Source: Bacteroidales bacterium (lineage in GTDB: Bacteria > Bacteroidota > Bacteroidia > Bacteroidales > AUK083). Taken from it: DNA of 63,976 nt. The notes under the pieces are model-generated. The model ran no database searches. It was given only the letters and a program-made list of their open reading frames with translations, and was not told the DNA's origin. Position 1 is the stretch's first letter, and each line of letters opens with the position of its first letter. This document shows, in pieces, positions 10,159-19,632 of the stretch. The stretch lies in NCBI GenBank assembly GCA_021158345.1, contig JAGGUV010000118.1:1-63976 (forward strand), given 5' to 3'. The position numbers and the translations under genes were made by a program.

Positions 10159-11338
10159 AAATTTTCGGTTTTGGTTCAACGCCTTTAAAAAAATCTTCAC
10201 TGGAATTGTTTGTATCCTGATATACAGTTCTACCATCAATGACTTCTTTAACTTTCCTTCTAAGACATTTTGCTGATCTGGCGCCGAATTCATTATATGT
10301 ATAACCTGCATCTAACTCTATTGGTAAACGTTTATAAATGGCGTGGGGTTCATCAAAAACAACTTCTACAGCATCTAATACATTGTCAACAGGAATTTTA
10401 CAATAATAACGAGTACTGGAACCACCACTATTATTTTTAGCAATTAAATTATTATTTATAAATTCTTTTCGTTCTTCTTCGTTTGTTCCACCGGGTATAG
10501 AAACCAAAGCTATAGCACTTCCTCCTTTAACATGAAAACAGACATCTGTTCCTCTAAAAGTGAACAAATCTTCAATTAAATTAGGAGAAGTAGGTGAATC
10601 AATATCAGCGTTAGAAGCAGTATAAACATAAAATTCAAAATCAGCATCACCAAGATTAACAGGACACAATGGGTTCCCATTAGGGTCGTCTTTATGATTA
10701 ATTGCATCTCTTGCAAGAATAATACTTTGTCCGGGACCAACAGGATGTTCTTCTCCATTACCAGGTATTGTCCAAATCATTTTTACAACGATATCATCAG
10801 GTAAAAATGTCCAATAATTTTCACCAATACCATAAGATTCATGTTCAACAATTGATAGACCATCAACATATTGTGTTGTTTCAGAATTATTGTATATCTC
10901 AATATATTGATCGGATAAATATTGTTTTCCTGCAGGCGTTAAACAACCGCTGTAATAATACTCTTTTATAATAAAAGCATTTGTTTTGCTCACAACAATT
11001 GGAATTGTATCAATAATAGACGAAAAAATATCTAAATTCTTCAAACCATTAATATAAACATTACAACCATTTGCAGAAAAAGAATGAGTAATTGTAGCAC
11101 TATAAAATCCGGGCTCAACTCCTGTAAAATTAACAATACCTTCAGGCGTTGTTAAAGCCTCTACAGAATAGCTTTTGTTTAGATTATTTAAAACAACTTT
11201 AGCACCTTCTTGATATTCACTTGGAACATCATCGCCAAAATCAATTTTTAACTCGGCAGTATAGCTTTTATATTCAGGATTTTTCATACAAGATGAAAGA
11301 ATGAATAAAACAAAAATGTATATTAAAATTTTTTTCAT
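10151..11338 (-). CDS. Surface lipoprotein with a lamin-tail-domain (LTD)-like module (possibly the DUF4876 family)
   Basis: Lipobox FILSSC. The N-terminal region is Ig-like (GIVNFTGVEPGFYSATI). The segment IIKEYYYSG...DQYIEIYNNSETTQYVDGLSI resembles the LTD pattern. Confidence 0.6.
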   Translation of the reverse strand: MKKILIYIFVLFILSSCMKNPEYKSYTAELKIDFGDDVPSEYQEGAKVVLNNLNKSYSVEALTTPEGIVNFTGVEPGFYSATITHSFSANGCNVYINGLKNLDIFSSIIDTIPIVVSKTNAFIIKEYYYSGCLTPAGKQYLSDQYIEIYNNSETTQYVDGLSIVEHESYGIGENYWTFLPDDIVVKMIWTIPGNGEEHPVGPGQSIILARDAINHKDDPNGNPLCPVNLGDADFEFYVYTASNADIDSPTSPNLIEDLFTFRGTDVCFHVKGGSAIALVSIPGGTNEEERKEFINNNLIAKNNSGGSSTRYYCKIPVDNVLDAVEVVFDEPHAIYKRLPIELDAGYTYNEFGARSAKCLRRKVKEVIDGRTVYQDTNNSSEDFFKGVEPKPKIYE

Positions 11339-11340
11339 AA

Positions 11341-14076
11341 CTATAATTTTACTTTAAATTCTGCACCGAAATATATAGATGAATTTCTGCGGACATAGCT
11401 TCCGCCGCGAATATATTTGTACATAGGACGGTGATTTAAAAAGTTATTAACAAATAAACTCAATTTCATTTTATCAGTAATTTCCTTTGAAAGTCTAAAA
11501 TTCAATTGAAGCAAAGGGTCCATTATTTCTGTCAAATAATAATTATCTGATTTAACATTCACGTATCTGATAAAATCAGGGTTAGTTCTCATATCTTCAG
11601 TGAATTGAATTACATTATTATCTTTGTCAAAAATATAAATTGGAGCTTCGTCATAGAAAGGGAAATAATACTTATCATACCAAATTTCCTGTAAAGTTGT
11701 TGAAAGTATTAGTTTCAACTCGGGGATGTGAGTTACCATTCTAAGTCTGGTATTTAACTGTTCTTTAATTTGACTTTCGCCAGCAGGATACATCCCAACA
11801 AAATCATATTGATTACTTGAAGCACTACTTGGAAGATATTCGTATGTGTCAGTGCTATAAACACGCTTAGTCCTAAACCAAGCTCCATCGATAATAAAAG
11901 AGGTATATAAAAAATTTATTTTACCGAGGTTTAAGCTAAACTCAACACCTTTTTTTACAGATTTTTTATTATTAGTTGCATATCTATAACTATAAATATG
12001 ATTATCATATAATTTTGTTAAGGTTGACAAATTTGGTTTTTCCCCCGGGGGAATTTCACTGGCATCGTAGTGATAATAATCGATGAAAAGATATTTTGAA
12101 ACAAAGCTAAAGCCATTTGTTAAGTCTTCTCTAAAAGCAGTGATATTACCTTTGATTTTCCCCATACAAAAATCTATACCAATTTCTCTTTTAAAATTTT
12201 CTGAAGGCTTCAGATTAGGGTTATCAGTATTAAAGATTTTGGTATAAAATATAGCTGTCTGCGTATTTGGGTCCCCTGTATAATAATCCAAAACAGGAAT
12301 ATCATAATAAGCTTTATCAGGATATAAATACAATAAAGAGGGAGATTTATAATTTTTACCAATTCCAAAATTAACAGTTAATTTTTTAAAAAAATCATTA
12401 TTTTTTTTATTTAAGATTCTATATTTAAGATTAAAACGAGGTTCGAAATAAAAGCCTAAATCACTTGAAAACAAACCTGAAGATTGAAAATTATTGAATC
12501 GTATGCCACCTTGAACTGCAAGTCTTGTTGTATTAATTGGGATAATAATTTTATCCTCAAGATAAAGAGAGTAATTCTGTAAAGAAGGAATTTGTTTAAA
12601 AGACCGAGGACGACTTGAATGGCTGGATATAAAAGGGGGATTAATAATGTCGTAGATTTGACCATCACCATTATTTCCGTTTAATCTATACTCAGCACCA
12701 AACAATATTGAATTTACAATTTTATTTTTAAAAGTTGATATTTTTTTTGTGTTAATTTGACCGAAAATATTTATTGGCATTCCGTCAATTTTTAACTCAG
12801 TTAGCTGTTCAGTGGGTAAATAAATCCCGATATTTTCGCCCTCAGTTTGTGAAATTGAAATTGCTTCAATATTATTAGTTGATCTATATTTTTTTTCCCA
12901 GTTCTCCTGATGAGAAATAGAAGTTGAAAAAGAATAATTAAGACAAGAAATTAATTTTTTATTCAAAGTCCATTTACCATGAAGATTTAGTCTTAGACCT
13001 TTATTTTTTGTTTCATATTCTTCATCCTTCACCATTGCATCAGGATCTGTTTTTGTATTATCAACAGTTCCATAAAAATTTGCTTTTGCATTAAAAGTAA
13101 GAGGTGTAGAATTTTTTAAAAAGACAGTAGAATATGCTATAGCACCTGTTATTCTATTAAATCCTTTATATTTACTTCTTACATCAGAATATGACTGAAT
13201 ATATTCAAAACTATAATTAAGAAAATCATTTTTATTAGAAATTTTCATTCCTTTATTAAAAGATATTTGCTTTATCTTAGGGTCGGTTTTTATTTTAACT
13301 TCCAAAGGAGAGTAACCTGCTTTAGTTTTAACAATCACAGCACCTGAAGTTAGATCTCCATAAACAACAGAAGGCACACCTTTAATAACCTCGACAGATT
13401 CAATATTATTTGTTGATATTTGGCGTAGATCAACTCCTGTACCTGCAACAGTGCTGTAATTGCCCTCAGAAGAAGTAGCTGTTGAATAGGTTTGTAAATT
13501 TGCATCGTTTGAAATAGGAGCTCCGTCCACAATTATTGCAGTACCCATAGCACTATTATCATCAGTACCAATTTCACGAATAGCTATTTTTTGAGGATTT
13601 GATAAGTCAGGATTTCCTGATATATTTCCGGGAACAAGTTGCATCACATCTCCAAGACTAGTAGGTTGAACATATTCTAAAGCTACTCTTCCAATTTTGT
13701 TTGTTGTTGTAATACCTCCTCCTCTTTTTGCGACAATAGTAACTCCTTTCATATCAAAAGAAGTAGGAATAAGGTGAATTATTATTTTTTTCCCAATATT
13801 TTTAGTAAAATCCATCTCAGCAGAATAAGAAACATATCCCAGACACTGAATTTGTAATGTATAGGTATTTGGAGAGATATCATCAAATTCAAAGCGACCA
13901 TTTTCATCTGTTATTGTCCAACGTTCAATCTCTTTTAATTTAACAGCACTGCACACAACAACTTCACCTGTTTTTTTATTTATTACTTTCCCTTTAATAT
14001 TTATCTTTTTTTGAGAGAAAACGTGAGAAGTAAAAAATAATATTAACAATAAAAATATTATTATTTTTTTATTCAT
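11341..14076 (-). CDS. TonB-dependent receptor with an N-terminal carboxypeptidase-regulatory-like domain
   Basis: Start at ATG 14076 (MNKKIIIFLLLILFFTSHVFSQ). CarboxypepD_reg module: INIKGKVINKKTGEVV...TDENGRFEFDDISPNTYTLQIQCLGYVS. Plug region: IESVEVIKGVPSVVYGDLTSGAVIVKTK. C-terminus: FGAEFKVKL. Confidence 0.9.
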   Translation of the reverse strand: MNKKIIIFLLLILFFTSHVFSQKKINIKGKVINKKTGEVVVCSAVKLKEIERWTITDENGRFEFDDISPNTYTLQIQCLGYVSYSAEMDFTKNIGKKIIIHLIPTSFDMKGVTIVAKRGGGITTTNKIGRVALEYVQPTSLGDVMQLVPGNISGNPDLSNPQKIAIREIGTDDNSAMGTAIIVDGAPISNDANLQTYSTATSSEGNYSTVAGTGVDLRQISTNNIESVEVIKGVPSVVYGDLTSGAVIVKTKAGYSPLEVKIKTDPKIKQISFNKGMKISNKNDFLNYSFEYIQSYSDVRSKYKGFNRITGAIAYSTVFLKNSTPLTFNAKANFYGTVDNTKTDPDAMVKDEEYETKNKGLRLNLHGKWTLNKKLISCLNYSFSTSISHQENWEKKYRSTNNIEAISISQTEGENIGIYLPTEQLTELKIDGMPINIFGQINTKKISTFKNKIVNSILFGAEYRLNGNNGDGQIYDIINPPFISSHSSRPRSFKQIPSLQNYSLYLEDKIIIPINTTRLAVQGGIRFNNFQSSGLFSSDLGFYFEPRFNLKYRILNKKNNDFFKKLTVNFGIGKNYKSPSLLYLYPDKAYYDIPVLDYYTGDPNTQTAIFYTKIFNTDNPNLKPSENFKREIGIDFCMGKIKGNITAFREDLTNGFSFVSKYLFIDYYHYDASEIPPGEKPNLSTLTKLYDNHIYSYRYATNNKKSVKKGVEFSLNLGKINFLYTSFIIDGAWFRTKRVYSTDTYEYLPSSASSNQYDFVGMYPAGESQIKEQLNTRLRMVTHIPELKLILSTTLQEIWYDKYYFPFYDEAPIYIFDKDNNVIQFTEDMRTNPDFIRYVNVKSDNYYLTEIMDPLLQLNFRLSKEITDKMKLSLFVNNFLNHRPMYKYIRGGSYVRRNSSIYFGAEFKVKL

Positions 14077-14143
14077 ATTAAAATAATTTTTATCAAAAAA
14101 AAACAATCATCTATGATGCAAATTGTATTTATTGTAACTCCTT

Positions 14144-14187
14144 AAAAAAATAAGGGAATCAATCAAAAAGCATCAATTGACTCCCTT
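14144..14187 (-). terminator. Rho-independent terminator after the BNR-propeller gene (minus strand)
   Basis: 11-bp stem (agggagtcaat / attgattccct on the minus strand, one G-U) followed by a T-tract (plus-strand A-tract 14144-14150). Confidence 0.7.
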
Positions 14188-14201
14188 TAATAAAAACATA
14201 A

Positions 14202-16595
14202 TTATTTAATTATCACCTTATTTGTATATCTCTTTCCATTCACATATGTTGAAACAAAATACAATCCTGGAGCATATGATCTATGATTAATAATACATTT
14301 TAAAGCGTTAGGTTCACTTTTATATATTAATTTGCCACAAATATTATAAACAGCACAAATATCAATATTTCTCTTAGAAGAGATTACTTCAAACTCAGAA
14401 GGTCTATACACAATATTAATAGTATTATCGTCAACAATGCTTTCATTAAAACCAACATCAGAAGTCAATTCCAATAAAGCAATTTTATAAATTTTTCCTT
14501 TTGCAAGAGCATATAATGAATCATTAACTATTCCTGCAATATGCCATATAGACGAACCGGGATAACAGGTTTCCCATGTTGCACCTGCATCTTTAGATAA
14601 TTTTGATTTTGAAGAACTACCTAATGCAAGGTATCTGGTATCAGTTAATTTACAAAAATCATTAGTTCCTGAAATACCTTCAAATTCAGTAAATGAAGCA
14701 CCTCCATCCATAGTTTTCCATATTCCATCAGAAGTTGTTGGGATATAATATTCATCTTCATTAATATATTCAATTCCTTTAATAAACATATTATCATCCT
14801 CACCTTCATCTAATATCGGATATAAATTAGTGTATGTTGCACAAGCATCTGTTGTTTTTAAAAAGATTTTATTACCTAAGATATATCCTGTGTCAGGAGT
14901 TATAAAATAAATTTTGGTAACATAAGGACTGCCCATATCATCTGTAACTGAAAACCATGTATCACCACTATCAGTAGATCTAAATACTCTTGAGTGAGTA
15001 ACTCTACCTTCGTAACCGGCAACAGTATCATACCAGTTAGCCCATACAAAAATAATTGAATCAGTAATATTTTCAATAACACAAGGATCAAAACCATAAC
15101 AATTTTCATTGAATGGATTTTTTGAAACATCAGCTTCGTCTTCTTTACCTATTTCATTAATATCCATTAGTGACCAGGTTTTCCAATTATCAGTAGATTT
15201 AAAAATAAGACCGGGATGATAGGAATCGGGTTTATTGCCAGACGAAGGATAGTCAATAAATTTAATACGACGTGAAGTTGCATAAGAAACTCCATCAGAA
15301 GTAGTAAGATTAACAAAATCAATATCAGCTTCATCTTCTGCACCAGGAACAAATAATTCAGGCATACTAACATCAGTCCATGTAATACCATTGTCGCTTG
15401 TAGTTTTGGCAAATTCATCATATCCGACAACTATTGCATTATTTGCATCAATGATGTGCATTTTTTGTATATTAGATCCTTCATCAGTGAGAGTTTGTTC
15501 TACCCAATTAGTTGGATTTGTTGCCAAGTCAGAAACAGCAAGTTTATAGATAATATCTTTACCTAATGCATATATTGAATCATTAAAAACACCTGCTATC
15601 TCCCAACAACTTTTACCGGGATAACATGATGTCCAATTTAATCCACCATCAACTGTTACTTTTGATTTTGAAGAAGAACCAAGTACCATAATAATATTGT
15701 CATCAAAAGCTTTTATATCATTACCACCACCAGGTGCACCATTTTCATATTTAGTAAAATTAGCACCACCGTCAGTAGTATGGAAAATACCATTTGTTGC
15801 AGTAACAACATAAAATTCAGTTTCACTTATTACATCAATATCAAAAATATAAATAGTTTCATCTCCACCTTCAGCTATAACTAAATTAGGATAAATATCT
15901 ACATTTTCATTTGTTCCGAATGTATTTTTAAAAAGTGTATTTTTCCCTGCAACATAATTTATGCTACCTACATTTTCGATAGCAGTAATAATATTATTGC
16001 CAAGATCATCAGTTATTGCTGACCATATTGTTCCTCCGTCAGTAGTATAATATACAGCTCCTTTACTAACTTTTGAACCGGTATTAATGTCATACCAGCC
16101 AACATAAATTAAAGCATTATTAGCATCAATACATTCTACAGTAAACAAATCCAAACCATAACATCCAACAGATGTCGGGTTTAATAGTGTATCCCCACCG
16201 AAACCAATACCTGATAAATCCATTTCTGACCAGGTTGCACCATTATCAAGAGTTTGTAATAATTTTCCGTTAACATAAATATCATCAATACCGCTGTAAT
16301 TGACAATTTTTGCTCGTCGCGAACTCATCAACCCTATTCCTTCATCATTAATGCTTAAAGAATTAAAATCGTAAACTGCATCAACAACTTTAACTGGACT
16401 CCAGCTTATGCCATTGTCGTTTGAATTCATAAAAGTATTGCCGTAACCTACGACAACTAATGTATCGTTCACATCATTCATTCCTTGCAAATTATTACCG
16501 GGGCTTAATGTTTGAGGCACCCAGTTATAAGTTGTTTGCGAAAAAACCGCAAAAGAAATAAAACTTAAAAATAATAAAGTAAAAATTTTTTTCAT
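14202..16595 (-). CDS. Secreted tandem beta-propeller protein (BNR / Ycf48-like repeats) with a T9SS type-A C-terminal sorting domain
   Basis: Signal peptide present. Ten S/T-x-D-x-G-x-(T/S)-W-like motifs: SNDNGISWS, LDNGATWS, TTDGGTIWS, TTDGGANFT, TVDGGLNWT, TSDNGITWT, STDNWKTWS, STDSGDTWF, TMDGGASFT, SKDAGATWE. The two halves have parallel motif order. C-terminal domain: ...APGLYFVSTYVNGKRYTNKVIIK. Confidence 0.8.
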   Translation of the reverse strand: MKKIFTLLFLSFISFAVFSQTTYNWVPQTLSPGNNLQGMNDVNDTLVVVGYGNTFMNSNDNGISWSPVKVVDAVYDFNSLSINDEGIGLMSSRRAKIVNYSGIDDIYVNGKLLQTLDNGATWSEMDLSGIGFGGDTLLNPTSVGCYGLDLFTVECIDANNALIYVGWYDINTGSKVSKGAVYYTTDGGTIWSAITDDLGNNIITAIENVGSINYVAGKNTLFKNTFGTNENVDIYPNLVIAEGGDETIYIFDIDVISETEFYVVTATNGIFHTTDGGANFTKYENGAPGGGNDIKAFDDNIIMVLGSSSKSKVTVDGGLNWTSCYPGKSCWEIAGVFNDSIYALGKDIIYKLAVSDLATNPTNWVEQTLTDEGSNIQKMHIIDANNAIVVGYDEFAKTTSDNGITWTDVSMPELFVPGAEDEADIDFVNLTTSDGVSYATSRRIKFIDYPSSGNKPDSYHPGLIFKSTDNWKTWSLMDINEIGKEDEADVSKNPFNENCYGFDPCVIENITDSIIFVWANWYDTVAGYEGRVTHSRVFRSTDSGDTWFSVTDDMGSPYVTKIYFITPDTGYILGNKIFLKTTDACATYTNLYPILDEGEDDNMFIKGIEYINEDEYYIPTTSDGIWKTMDGGASFTEFEGISGTNDFCKLTDTRYLALGSSSKSKLSKDAGATWETCYPGSSIWHIAGIVNDSLYALAKGKIYKIALLELTSDVGFNESIVDDNTINIVYRPSEFEVISSKRNIDICAVYNICGKLIYKSEPNALKCIINHRSYAPGLYFVSTYVNGKRYTNKVIIK

Positions 16596-16644
16596 AGTCT
16601 TAATATTTAGTTAGTAATTCAGTTAATTATTTAATTTGTAAAGT

Positions 16645-16684
16645 TAAAAAAAAATTAGAAAGTCATCAATAATGACTTTCTAAT
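16645..16684 (-). terminator. Strong rho-independent terminator ending the ECF / 4Fe-4S unit (minus strand)
   Basis: Perfect 13-bp stem attagaaagtcat / atgactttctaat with a 5-nt loop, followed on the minus strand by a T9 run. Confidence 0.85.
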
Positions 16685-16699
16685 TGCATTATTTATTTT

Positions 16700-18625
16700 T
16701 TAATACAAATCCTTTTTTGTCAAAATGAAACATATTAGCAATTTTACCTTTTTCCCGTTTGAGTATGTAAATTTCAATGTATCACTAACAAGTAAATTAT
16801 ATATTTCATCATCACTAACCATACTCTTAATAAAGCTAATATCAATTACTTTTTTATATTTCTCATCTAATAACGTTTTTAATCCAATTATTCCATTATT
16901 ATTAGAAAGGTGGCTAACTAAATAGGGGAATCTCCTGGTTAAAGAGCTATTTTTACCCAATGGTATTCTATATATATCAATATCTGTGGTATCGTAACTA
17001 CTATACTTATTAAATTTTGCATGATAAGGTTTAAACATATTTTGAAGGAACTCTTCTTTACTTATTAATTTAGAAATTGATTTACCAACAACTTCATATT
17101 TTAGTTCAATTTTTTTAATATTTGGCTCTACACCATAACTTAAATATTCTGTTTCAAGTATTTCCTTCAATTTTCCTTGATCAACATTATAATTTCCGGG
17201 AAAATAAATTTTAACAATAACAGGGCAAGAATATTCTGTTTGAAGACCAACGGCTTTAGTTTTTTGTTTTAAAAGGATTGATAAATATTTAAAATCATAT
17301 ACATCAAAAAAATTCTCCAATAAAACTTTTACTTCTCTCACTTCAGTTGTACCTTCACTTAGCAATCTAATCTGTGCTCTTTGAGGAGTAAATAATGCTT
17401 TATTAATATTGTCTTCATTTGTAACTGAGGGGTCATAATATATTTTTGCCGTATGGGTTTTTACATAGGTAGCAACTCCTAAAACACCTTTTACTTTTTT
17501 CATTTGAGAAGCAAATGCTTTTGAGCTTCCATAACACTTAATATTTTTCAAGCCTGAGCGGGAATATGTCTCCGCTTTGGCCATAGTTTCAGTATCATAC
17601 CATTTCTGGTTAATAGTAGGAATTTCAAAAGTAGAGCCTAAATATAATCCAAGAATAACTAAAACGCTTATAGCAACTGGTGGCAGCCATTTTAAATTTT
17701 TCTTTTTGTTAATTTGTATTGTTTCATTTACAGGACATACTGAAAGACAATCACCACATAAATTACAATCAGCATCCTTTACAGTAGTCATATTAGCAAT
17801 ATCAATACCTTGTGGACATTTCATGCTACATAACTGACAATTAATACAGGTTTTTTCGTTACGTGTAATTCTGGCAATAGGGAAATACTTTCCGTTTAAT
17901 TTAGCAATTTCTATTATATAACCACCAATGCAGGCAACAGCCAAAGGCCATACAAAACTGATTTCTAAACCAAATTTTAATAAAACAATATAAATAAGTA
18001 AGGTTGTAACAGCAAAAATTGTAAATTTAAAAATATTTGAAATAGCTCCTAAAGGACATAAATATTTACACCAAAACATTCGAATAAATATTGAACCGAA
18101 AAAAAGAAGAACAATAGCAATAGATGCATATAATACAACAACATCCACACTAAAGTTTGTTGTTATTGCAAAATACGGATCAAATGTTTTGCAGAATAAT
18201 TCACTTGAACTTAAGGTAAAATATAATGTTATGAATAATAAAATATATTTTAAAGCTCTTAGAATCTTATCGGCAATTCCCTTAATAGTAAATCTGACTT
18301 TTAATTTATCACCAAATTTCCCTAACCATTCACCTACAGTTCCAAGAGGACAAATATATGAACAAAATAACTTGCCAAAAAGTATAATTCCAATTACCAA
18401 TAAAACTCCCATAACAATTTGAGCACTAGACATTGTACAGGCCAACGATTTATTAAGTAAATAACTACCTAAAGCTTGTATACCTCCAAAAGGACAATAA
18501 GCTTCAAAATCAGGAACGAAACTTTTATTAAATTTTGGTAGAGCTGCAAGAATAATAATTACTAAAATAATTCCCCATTGAATTAATGTCCTCAACCAAT
18601 TTGATGTTGTAATTTTTTTCTTCAT
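16700..18625 (-). CDS. Polytopic 4Fe-4S-binding membrane protein (NapH/NosH/CcoG-like) with a ~300-aa C-terminal extension containing ferredoxin-fold / degenerate HMA-like modules
   Basis: Two CxxxCP motifs (FCSYICPLG, CKYLCPLG). Two ferredoxin clusters (CINCQLCSMKCP, CNLCGDCLSVCP). After the last TM comes IKCYGSSKAFASQMKKVKGVLGVATYVKTHTAKIYYDP, which has an HMA-like layout but lacks CxxC. Confidence 0.75.
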   Translation of the reverse strand: MKKKITTSNWLRTLIQWGIILVIIILAALPKFNKSFVPDFEAYCPFGGIQALGSYLLNKSLACTMSSAQIVMGVLLVIGIILFGKLFCSYICPLGTVGEWLGKFGDKLKVRFTIKGIADKILRALKYILLFITLYFTLSSSELFCKTFDPYFAITTNFSVDVVVLYASIAIVLLFFGSIFIRMFWCKYLCPLGAISNIFKFTIFAVTTLLIYIVLLKFGLEISFVWPLAVACIGGYIIEIAKLNGKYFPIARITRNEKTCINCQLCSMKCPQGIDIANMTTVKDADCNLCGDCLSVCPVNETIQINKKKNLKWLPPVAISVLVILGLYLGSTFEIPTINQKWYDTETMAKAETYSRSGLKNIKCYGSSKAFASQMKKVKGVLGVATYVKTHTAKIYYDPSVTNEDNINKALFTPQRAQIRLLSEGTTEVREVKVLLENFFDVYDFKYLSILLKQKTKAVGLQTEYSCPVIVKIYFPGNYNVDQGKLKEILETEYLSYGVEPNIKKIELKYEVVGKSISKLISKEEFLQNMFKPYHAKFNKYSSYDTTDIDIYRIPLGKNSSLTRRFPYLVSHLSNNNGIIGLKTLLDEKYKKVIDISFIKSMVSDDEIYNLLVSDTLKFTYSNGKKVKLLICFILTKKDLY

Positions 18626-18658
18626 ATAATTTTTTATTAATAATTTTTATTTTTTTAA

Positions 18659-19060
18659 TTAAAAAAATTGAAAAGCAGATGGTTCAATTATTAAATGATG
18701 AGCCTCTCGAAATTCAATTAATGATTTAGATTTTTCAGGTACTTTATTTGTTAATAATTTTGCATCAGCATTTTTTCCAAGAACAATTCCAAGAAAAACT
18801 GCAATTAATATTACAGTTGCAAATTGTGCATACATACTTAAACTCAATTTTCTGACACGTGGAATACTAATTTTCTTTTTTCTTAAAAGGATTTTATTTA
18901 TTAAAGCATCTGATGCTTCATAGTTTTGATCTAATACAGACATTGTATTATTCACTCTTGTGTTTAACTCATTACAATGAGGACACTTACTTAAATGTTT
19001 TTCTACTTCTTGGTCTGAAATATCAAAAACAATATACTGATATATTTTGTTACATTCCAT
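18659..19060 (-). CDS. Anti-sigma factor (zf-HC2 type, single TM)
   Basis: H-x3-C-x2-C motif HLSKCPHC near the N-terminus, a TM segment (YAQFATVILIAVFLGIVLG), and a position inside the ECF sigma unit. Confidence 0.7.
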   Translation of the reverse strand: MECNKIYQYIVFDISDQEVEKHLSKCPHCNELNTRVNNTMSVLDQNYEASDALINKILLRKKKISIPRVRKLSLSMYAQFATVILIAVFLGIVLGKNADAKLLTNKVPEKSKSLIEFREAHHLIIEPSAFQFF

Positions 19061-19109
19061 TTCTTAATATTATAAGACGTTTAAAAATTAAAAATCTGGC
19101 GTGAGACAT

Positions 19110-19625
19110 TTATTTTTTTTCCAATTCATCACGTCTGGCACATTCTTTTTTATTACAATAACGACATAAATCACCCACTTGCATCATATCTTTCAACAAT
19201 TGATTAAGCAATATAACCTGATTTTCATCACAAATACTACGTATATTCAAAAAATGTTTAATGGTTTGACGTTTTAATCCGGTTTGAGTTCTACCAATTT
19301 TATTTGCAATAGAATCCAATTTTCGTTTTGAAGGATTTTCACTTGTGAGCTCATCAATAATTGCAAAATTTGCTTCGCATTGCATATCAAGTAATGACTG
19401 GTAAACCCTGAAAATTTTATTATCAAGCAAACAAACTTTCTTATATTGTTCTTCTGTCAAATTCAATTCTTTCTTTAAGAATAAATCAGAGTTAAAATTA
19501 CTATCACTGTTTACAGTTGATGAGCTTGATTTATAGTTTAAAAACAATATCGTTACAAAAGCAGATATGTTTATGATTAAAAGAAAAATATTAATCCATT
19601 TGATAACTCTATGTTTTTCATTCAT
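19110..19625 (-). CDS. Membrane-anchored Spy/CpxP/ZraP-family (LTxxQ) periplasmic stress or metal-sensor-like protein
   Basis: N-terminal TM, LNLTEEQYKKV (LTxxQ motif), helical K/E/Q-rich body. It starts 7 nt after the sigma factor gene. Confidence 0.6.
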   Translation of the reverse strand: MNEKHRVIKWINIFLLIINISAFVTILFLNYKSSSSTVNSDSNFNSDLFLKKELNLTEEQYKKVCLLDNKIFRVYQSLLDMQCEANFAIIDELTSENPSKRKLDSIANKIGRTQTGLKRQTIKHFLNIRSICDENQVILLNQLLKDMMQVGDLCRYCNKKECARRDELEKK

Positions 19626-19632
19626 AATTATA

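Noticed and set aside
10159-10311. N-terminal 51 codons of the tracked ORF 8602..10311
   Set aside because: They overlap the upstream lipoprotein gene by 160 nt and lack a signal peptide. The internal ATG at 10158 gives a classic signal peptide and an ATGAATAA stop/start overlap, so I used the shorter CDS.
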